A DNA stretch of 64,000 nucleotides, taken from a virus. This document shows, in pieces, positions 58,067 to 64,000 of this stretch; position 1 is the stretch's first letter; every line of letters starts with the position of its first letter. The DNA is taken from positions 21,773 through 85,772 of the IMG/VR virus record IMGVR_UViG_3300010883_000011. One strand, 5' to 3'. The notes beneath the pieces are model-generated. The model did not search any database. It had not been told where the DNA came from and saw only the letters and a program-made list of their open reading frames with translations. The position numbers and the translations under genes are program-made.

Positions 58067-58716
58067 TGCTCAATAGTTGAACACGGCCCCGCGACTCTCT
58101 ATCAGGGTAGCGGGGCCGCTCTTCGTTTGACCCACGCATCGGTCCACCTCGCCCACGCAGATTGACCACGCACCACGGACCAAACAATTTCGGGCGTTTA
58201 GCGGAGACATGGGGGCTGAATAGTGGTAGGGGGACAGTCCCGAGGTCCGATGGACCGCCCCAGAAAACAGCGAACCCGCGCACGAGCAAGGGCGTCGCTG
58301 CTGGTAGTGAGTGGGTCTGCGCGTGTTCAATAGTTGAACAGGCCGCGCATGGGGCATGGGGCACGCGAAAACTTTTGGCGCACTTCGTTTGTGCCTCGCG
58401 CTTGGCCCGTTGCGTCGCTGTCCACCTCGCCATGGCTTGGGCGTCGACTGTCCACCTCGCTGCGAAGGTTCGAAGCGTCCACCTCGTTTGGTCCACCTCG
58501 CAGATTTCTGGCGTCGAGCGACGCTCAATACGCGGTCGAGCCGGGGCGCATGGGGCGTCGCACTTCGTTGCGCTGCTGCATGGGCGGTGCGTCGCATTGA
58601 ATGGGCATGGGGGCGCGGGCAGTCCCCAAAAGGAAACGCGGTGCATGGGGTGCGAGCGTGTTGCTCGATTTGTAGCTGCTGATTGATTGTCGTCGAGCCT
58701 GCTCAATAGTTGAACA
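58067..58716. repeat. Palindrome TG(C/T)TCAA-TAG-TTGAACA, three copies
   Basis: 58067-58083, 58324-58340 (perfect) and 58700-58716. Confidence 0.85.
58084..58128 (+). terminator. Hairpin closing the cassette array
   Basis: CGGCCCCGC...GCGGGGCCG stem followed by CTCTTCGTTT. Confidence 0.55.
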
Positions 58717-59278
58717 CGCACCAGCATGGCCCATGGGTCTTGGCGTCGCGCTTCGCTGTGCCCTGGGCTGGCTGGGCCGCTGTCCACCTCGCAGCCTTGT
58801 CCACCTCGCCGCTTCGCTCGCCGCTGCGCGACGCACACCGCTCGCTCGTGCGCTCTTGACACGTCGCCTTTCACGCCACAAAGTCCAGTCAAGATTTTCG
58901 GACAGTGCGTCGTTCATTTATGCCCAACGCTCTTCAGCGCAAAAGTGTATCGCTTTCTTGCACACGCAATTTTGCCGTGCTTCGTGCGACGCACCGACGC
59001 AATTTGTCACAACGCTTTGCAACCGCGCTCCTTTTGACCCAACTTTGTGCGCCGCTTTCTAAGTGCCTGCTATCACTCACCTTTTTCGGCGCTCTCTTCG
59101 CAAGTGCGTCGCACCCCCACCGCACCAAGTTTTCGCGCTCTTCGTTTATTACCTGTAGGAGTCCTCTCGCGCAGTGCCTCACCAAAATACCGACTTGGAT
59201 TTTTTGTAAAAAACGCGGGGGTGCGCGAGTATCTGCGTGGGGTGTGAGTGGGTTATGATGCTGGAGGAGGAAAACCCT

Positions 59279-59644
59279 ATGCCAGACCGAGAAGTTCAGG
59301 AAGAAGTCGACGATAGGCTGAACATGCGCGTAAACAACAACCCCTTGCAGGCAGCGGGTCGTGATGAGTTGATGCGTGAGGCTGAATTCGGTGGTCCTGC
59401 GTCGAGCCGGGACTCCAGGTTCTACTTCGACCGCAAGGAGTTGGAGCAGTTGCTTGAGATTTGCAAGTCTTCGGTGTCTGGTCGGGTGATTATCCACCAT
59501 GCCGGTGTGAAGGTGCGTCTCTACCGTTCCGGCTCGGGCCACATGTACGAGGCGTGGCACCTGATTGGTTCGAAGGCGGTGCCGGAGGCGAAAGAGAACC
59601 CCACGATAAGCCTTCCTGACCTACTCAACGTCAAGGTGCCGTAG
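59279..59644 (+). CDS. Hypothetical protein upstream of the terminase
   Basis: GGAGGAGG SD; operonic with terL. Confidence 0.6.
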   Translation: MPDREVQEEVDDRLNMRVNNNPLQAAGRDELMREAEFGGPASSRDSRFYFDRKELEQLLEICKSSVSGRVIIHHAGVKVRLYRSGSGHMYEAWHLIGSKAVPEAKENPTISLPDLLNVKVP

Positions 59645-59645
59645 C

Positions 59646-61352
59646 GTGCCTGGAGGTTCTGAGAACTACCACTACCTGATGGCACAGGTATCGCACGACT
59701 ATCCCCTGCTGGGGTTGGCCTTACAGCGTCATGTGAACACGCGTGGTCTTCCCTTGTCCTTTGAACACATGCCGTACCTCATTGAGTTGTATACGGACTT
59801 CCCCAAGATCGATGGAGCCGACATCTGCAAGGCTGTGCAGACTGGTCTATCGGAACTGATGATTCAGTTGATTCTGGAGCGAGCCGGTTGGCAGGGTCGC
59901 GTGACCGCGTATGTGCTCCCTACCTTCACGATCCGAGACAGGTTCGTACAGAACCGCATCAACCCCCTACTGAACATCGTGCCTGACTACCGTATGAGAG
60001 CGGGACTGACAGCGGGTCGTCAGGGAAGTACCGGTAACCTGAAGCTGAAGAGATTTGGTAATGGTGCGATGATGTTCTTGGGTTCCAACACTGTGGGTGA
60101 CTTTGTAGAGTTCTCTGCTGATGTTTTGATTATTGATGAGTTTGACCAGTGCGACCCGCAGAATCTCGCCAAGGCACGAGACAGGTTGCGTGCTTCGCCG
60201 TACCCTCAACTCTTTCGGTTGGGGAACCCTACCCTCCCCCGTGTGGGTGTCTCGCGGTTGTTTGACCTGTCTGACAGCCGTAGGTGGTTCCATCGTTGTA
60301 GCAAGTGCAAGGAACGTCAGCCCATCGACTGGTTTGAGAGTGTTGTGGAGCGTGACGATGATGGTGCGTGGGTGCCCCGCGATAAGGCGAGGCTAAACCC
60401 TGCGTCGGGGGACATCAGGCCAATGTGTCGGCGATGCAAGGAACCCTTCGAAAGAACCGCCAAGGACGCGGTGTGGGTAGCTGAACACCCGGACAGGGAA
60501 CGCCGTGGCTACCTGATTAGCCGCTTGGACGTATTGTCTGAATCCTATCGCCATCTTTTCGCGGAATGGAAAAACGCACAGGGAACGTCGGAGTTGCTGT
60601 CTGCTTTCTACTGTTCCGTGTTGGGCAAGCCCTTTGAGTTCTCCGGGGCACGCTTGAACGTCGAGCATCTACAGGACGTGGCTACTGGTGAGGTGGTGGA
60701 CTACGCAGGGGGCGAGGAGTACCGCAACCACATTGTCACGATGGGAGTTGACGTAGGGGCGCTACTACACGTCCACATAAGCGTTGTAGAGGAGATGGAG
60801 AACACGACACCGATTCAGACACTGGACGGGGAGCTTCCCCCTGAACCGAAGACCATGCGCCATTGTGTATTCACTGGCACGGTGAGGACTTTCGGGGAGG
60901 TGGCCGACATGATGCGCCGGTACCATGTTGACGTGTGCGTGATCGACTCTATGCCCGAGACTCGTAAGGCCCAAGAGCTACGCGATGAGTTTTACGGTGG
61001 TGACTCCCAGGTGTGGCTCTGTAGGTTCCATCCGACCGCGAGAGTGGCCCGCCAGGAGTACGGCTTGAAGATGAACTACCGCGACAACACGGTCATCGTG
61101 GATCGCACGCAAGTCTTCGACGCCACCTTTGACGACATCAGGCAACGTCGACGAAAGTTTCCCGAAGACGTGTTCACCGTGTTGGGATGGTCAGAACAGA
61201 TGCGGTCATCTGTGCGGGTGTTGGATGAACAGAAGCAACGGATCGTTTGGAGCGAGGGTGGGTCTGCTGATCACTTCAGGCTGTCGGACATCTACGACCG
61301 GATCGCCCACGACATCACGCAGAAGGGTGGTTCCTACTATGCAGGGCAGTGA
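59646..61352 (+). CDS. terL: Terminase large subunit (lambda GpA-like)
   Basis: KAVQTGLSE Walker A-like, IIDEFD Walker B, GNPT, CSKC/CRRC zinc motif, MGVDVG and DH nuclease residues. Confidence 0.88.
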   Translation: MPGGSENYHYLMAQVSHDYPLLGLALQRHVNTRGLPLSFEHMPYLIELYTDFPKIDGADICKAVQTGLSELMIQLILERAGWQGRVTAYVLPTFTIRDRFVQNRINPLLNIVPDYRMRAGLTAGRQGSTGNLKLKRFGNGAMMFLGSNTVGDFVEFSADVLIIDEFDQCDPQNLAKARDRLRASPYPQLFRLGNPTLPRVGVSRLFDLSDSRRWFHRCSKCKERQPIDWFESVVERDDDGAWVPRDKARLNPASGDIRPMCRRCKEPFERTAKDAVWVAEHPDRERRGYLISRLDVLSESYRHLFAEWKNAQGTSELLSAFYCSVLGKPFEFSGARLNVEHLQDVATGEVVDYAGGEEYRNHIVTMGVDVGALLHVHISVVEEMENTTPIQTLDGELPPEPKTMRHCVFTGTVRTFGEVADMMRRYHVDVCVIDSMPETRKAQELRDEFYGGDSQVWLCRFHPTARVARQEYGLKMNYRDNTVIVDRTQVFDATFDDIRQRRRKFPEDVFTVLGWSEQMRSSVRVLDEQKQRIVWSEGGSADHFRLSDIYDRIAHDITQKGGSYYAGQ

Positions 61353-61355
61353 GTC

Positions 61356-62273
61356 ATGAAAGAGAAGCTTGGCGTACTGACCTGTTTCCACTTCTACAAG
61401 AACACCACACTCAAAGAGGTGTTGCACGACACCATGCCCGGTCTGCCCATCTTGATTGATAGCGGTGGCTTTTCAGCGTTTTCGCAGGGCGCTGTGATCG
61501 ATCTCGATGAGTATGGGCGGTGGTCCCGTCGTAACCGCACTCCAGACACAAACTGTATCAGCCTTGATGTAATAGGCAGCGCGGGAAAATCATCGATCAA
61601 CATTTCGCGCCTGAAACCCTATGGTGACTACATGCCATGCGTTCACGTTGGCTCATCGCCCGATTGGATTGATCGTTACCATGATCGGGGCTTTCGCTAC
61701 ATGTGCCTGGGCGGGATGGTTCCTTTCCTCAAGGGTGGTCAGACCAAATCGAAAGAGGCGACAGGCCGGTTGATGAAATTCATCCATGCGTGCCACGACC
61801 GGGCAGACGCGTTGGGTGTCGACCTGCACGGCCTGGGTTGCACTACCTGGGACATCGTGCGGAAGTTTCCCTGGAGGTCGGTGGATTCATCCTTCCAGAA
61901 CATGGGTGTGCGTTTTGGTTACCCGGTTCGCGTCTATGACCACGCTACGCGGAAGTGGCACTACATTGGACTCCGTGACCCGAAGTCTGTCCTGCCCGCT
62001 ATGGGCCTCATTCGTGAGTACGGGTACAACCCATTCCCCTTGCTGCACGACTCGCCACACACCAACGAGACGGTGCTTGGGTTGTCCGTGGCATCGGTCG
62101 AGCGGTGGCAGAAAGATCAACGACGAGCCCCCTTCGTATATTTTGCCGATGGAAACAAAGACCATGTTCGCGCCATCGCTCGGATGATCTACACCGAGAA
62201 ACCAGCGACTATGGACTGGCGCTATGACGACTGGTACGGGAACAACGACCAACAGCCCACTGGTGCGGTGTAG
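61356..62273 (+). CDS. TGT-fold DpdA-like protein 2
   Basis: DSGGFS, SLDVIG, MPCVH, CLGGMVP, HGLG, SVDSS; clear paralog of 41760-42698. Confidence 0.75.
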   Translation: MKEKLGVLTCFHFYKNTTLKEVLHDTMPGLPILIDSGGFSAFSQGAVIDLDEYGRWSRRNRTPDTNCISLDVIGSAGKSSINISRLKPYGDYMPCVHVGSSPDWIDRYHDRGFRYMCLGGMVPFLKGGQTKSKEATGRLMKFIHACHDRADALGVDLHGLGCTTWDIVRKFPWRSVDSSFQNMGVRFGYPVRVYDHATRKWHYIGLRDPKSVLPAMGLIREYGYNPFPLLHDSPHTNETVLGLSVASVERWQKDQRRAPFVYFADGNKDHVRAIARMIYTEKPATMDWRYDDWYGNNDQQPTGAV

Positions 62274-62362
62274 GTTGGCTTCTACGGGTCGGTCTGTGGT
62301 CGGGACGTGTCTCGGGGTAGGTCTGGACCCGGAAACGATTGTGGGGCCGATACGGAGGTCAA

Positions 62363-62947
62363 ATGCTACGCGGTGAAATCCTGAATCGAATAGCCAAGGT
62401 CATCGACGCGAAAGACTACCTGGAGATCGGGGTACAGCTTGGATGGACGTTCTCCGTCGTCGAGGTCGAGAACATGGTTGGCGTCGATCCCAACGAGTCA
62501 ACGCCAGCGACGGTTCACACGACCAGCGACGCGTACTTCGACGACCTGCCTGACGATGTCCGGTTTGACCTGATCTTCGTCGATGGCCTCCATCGCGCCC
62601 ACCAAGTAGTCAAGGACGTACACAACGCGATGCGACACCTCAACCCCGGTGGGGTGATTGTCTGCCATGACTGCTCCCCTCCAACCGAGGAATCAGCCAC
62701 CATCGTTCCGACTGGCACCACTTGGTGCGGCGACGTGTGGGAAGGCTGGTTGGAGTTGCGTCGACAACTGGACGCGGAGATGTACGTCGTGGACACAGAC
62801 CTTGGCTGTGGGGTCATCTTGCCAGACAGGAAAGGTAAGAAGCTCAACAGGCCACTCCCGAAGGGCTGGGACGACTTTGCGAAGAATCGGTCCACCTTGC
62901 TAAACCTCATCACCGTGGAACAGTTCGTGGAGCGATGGTCGTTATGA
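62363..62947 (+). CDS. Class I SAM methyltransferase (Methyltransf_24-like)
   Basis: YLEIGV, GVDP, FDLIFVDGLH, L.PGG.IV.HD, W.GDVW. Confidence 0.85.
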   Translation: MLRGEILNRIAKVIDAKDYLEIGVQLGWTFSVVEVENMVGVDPNESTPATVHTTSDAYFDDLPDDVRFDLIFVDGLHRAHQVVKDVHNAMRHLNPGGVIVCHDCSPPTEESATIVPTGTTWCGDVWEGWLELRRQLDAEMYVVDTDLGCGVILPDRKGKKLNRPLPKGWDDFAKNRSTLLNLITVEQFVERWSL

Positions 62948-62960
62948 GGTCCAAAATTTC

Positions 62961-63212
62961 TTAAGATCGATCCCTCCCGATCTTGGGCTTGATCTTGTCA
63001 ATCATATCGAGTGCATCATCCATAGACTTGCCGCCCCCGTACCCGTCCAACGCCCAACCAGAACCCTTGAGGATAAAGGCGGTGCGAGACACCAGACGCC
63101 TGCTTTCTTGGGACTCACACTTCGGACACGCTGGCGCTGGGTCATCGAACGACCGCTGTAGCTCGTCGAATGTGGTTAGGCACTCGGGGCATTGGTAGTC
63201 AAACAGGGGCAC
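62961..63212 (-). CDS. FmdB-family zinc-ribbon protein
   Basis: P.FDY.C..C...F.........CP.C.....RLVS...F.LKGSGW. Confidence 0.8.
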   Translation of the reverse strand: MPLFDYQCPECLTTFDELQRSFDDPAPACPKCESQESRRLVSRTAFILKGSGWALDGYGGGKSMDDALDMIDKIKPKIGRDRS

Positions 63213-63279
63213 AACGAAAGCCTCCAAACACAAATGATTATGTATTGTATCAAGGCCCCGAATATGGGGCACTTACAGA

Positions 63280-64000
63280 TTGGGGTGGTTACCGCCCAAT
63301 CACGGAAAACGCGCGATTTTGAACGGTAGGTGCTTGGTCGGCATCTGGTTTCTTCTCGTACTGCCCGACCAGTTTGTCATCGGGCTCTTTGGAGGCGGCG
63401 TGGTGCGTGGTGTGGTGCGTGGGGTGGTGCGTGGGTCGTATTGGTGGGTCGTGCTGGCACGGGAGGACTCGGCTTGGAGTGGTAGGTCGGAAAGGCGGGG
63501 GGCGGAGTGGATTGTCGTGGTGGTCTGGTTGGGGCTGGTCGGTGAGGGCTCGGCTTGTCGCTGTGGTGTGGTTGTGATGGATACGGCAAGGTCCGGCAGG
63601 TCGTGATGGTAGGGCGGGGCTGGGTCTGTCGTGTGGGCATGGGAAGGCGCGTGGGAGAAGCGGATCGGCGGGTCGTGAGGGTTGGGGCTGGCGTGAAGCG
63701 TGCTGGTGAGTCGTGACGGCGGGAACGGGCTTGGTGTGAGTGGGCCTGTCGTAGTGGTGTGGTGGGTGCCGTGGTGGCGCGTAGCACAGGTTCGGAGCGG
63801 CAGGAGCGGGTAGGTCGAATCGGAGCGGGCGGTGGTGGTGTGGTAGGTGGTGGCCGGTCGTAGTGGAGAGGCAGGAACGGGCGTGGTCTGTCGTGTTGGC
63901 ATGGCAGGGGGGGAGGGGGCTGGGGGGGGGCCGGCATGTCGTAGTGGTTCGGCTATGTCCGGCCCGGCCTGTAGCTAGCCTGTGGTGCGGCAAGGCCACA
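63280..64000. repeat. G/T-skewed low-complexity tract
   Basis: Very few A on the + strand; GTGGTGCGTGG x3 at about 63400-63434; many GGTGG and GTCGTG words. Confidence 0.7.

Larger units (their letters stand above)
51573..58808 (+). repeat. Dispersed polar motif GTCCACCTCG(C), 23 copies
   Basis: Starts at 51573, 51770, 51959, 53235, 53264, 53521, 54377, 54405, 55084, 55113, 55886, 56274, 56663, 56692, 56803, 57396, 58142, 58420, 58450, 58477, 58491, 58782, 58799. Confidence 0.95.
1..64000. mobile_element. Tailed dsDNA bacteriophage genome segment (siphovirus-like)
   Basis: Tail tube, chaperone, tape measure, terminase, endolysin/holin and primase-helicase in phage-like order; no host housekeeping genes seen. 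Confidence 0.95.

Noticed and set aside
51500-58810. CRISPR or mini-CRISPR array
   Set aside because: Repeats are 10-13 bp or promoter-sized and irregularly spaced around genes; no constant repeat-spacer period and no cas operon
57834-59258. Overlapping ORFs on both strands, including 352 aa on the minus strand
   Set aside because: Composition typical of GC-rich non-coding DNA; repeated RWT/VHLA peptides are just the GTCCACCTCG motif
59279-59644. Terminase small subunit
   Set aside because: Position fits but I see no HTH or other supporting motif; left as hypothetical
63289-63999. His/Pro/Thr-rich minus-strand ORFs
   Set aside because: All three frames are open because of base skew; no evidence favours one

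Overview
The window is a contiguous part of a tailed dsDNA bacteriophage genome, probably siphovirus-like, almost entirely + strand. Head-completion and tail genes occupy 1-30.8 kb: neck, tail terminator, tail tube, a frameshifted chaperone, tape measure, tail tip and fibres. A three-domain glycosyltransferase, a Dam-type methylase, a DUF2589 pair and a minus-strand WGR-like + AEP-like insert are embedded among them. A replication/recombination block runs 30.9-38.1 kb. A 7-deazaguanine DNA-modification cluster (queE, folE, queC, dpdA-like, ParB-like, queD) runs 39.6-43.9 kb. Lysis genes, a sulfotransferase-like gene and a second methylase follow at 44.4-48.1 kb. A GpA-type large terminase at 59.6-61.4 kb is followed by a second dpdA-like gene. 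The most striking part is 48-59 kb, an array of small-gene cassettes built from repeated parts. There are 16 TAAC-N9-GTTA palindromes inside sigma70-like promoters (9 rightward, up to 7 leftward), 23 same-strand GTCCACCTCG motifs often paired 28-30 bp apart, an AATCAGCAGCTAC box and CAA-rich leaders. The leftward promoters appear to drive short non-coding RNAs. No portal, major capsid, integrase, DNA polymerase, tRNA or CRISPR array was recognised. All product calls are from reading motifs by eye, not from database searches.
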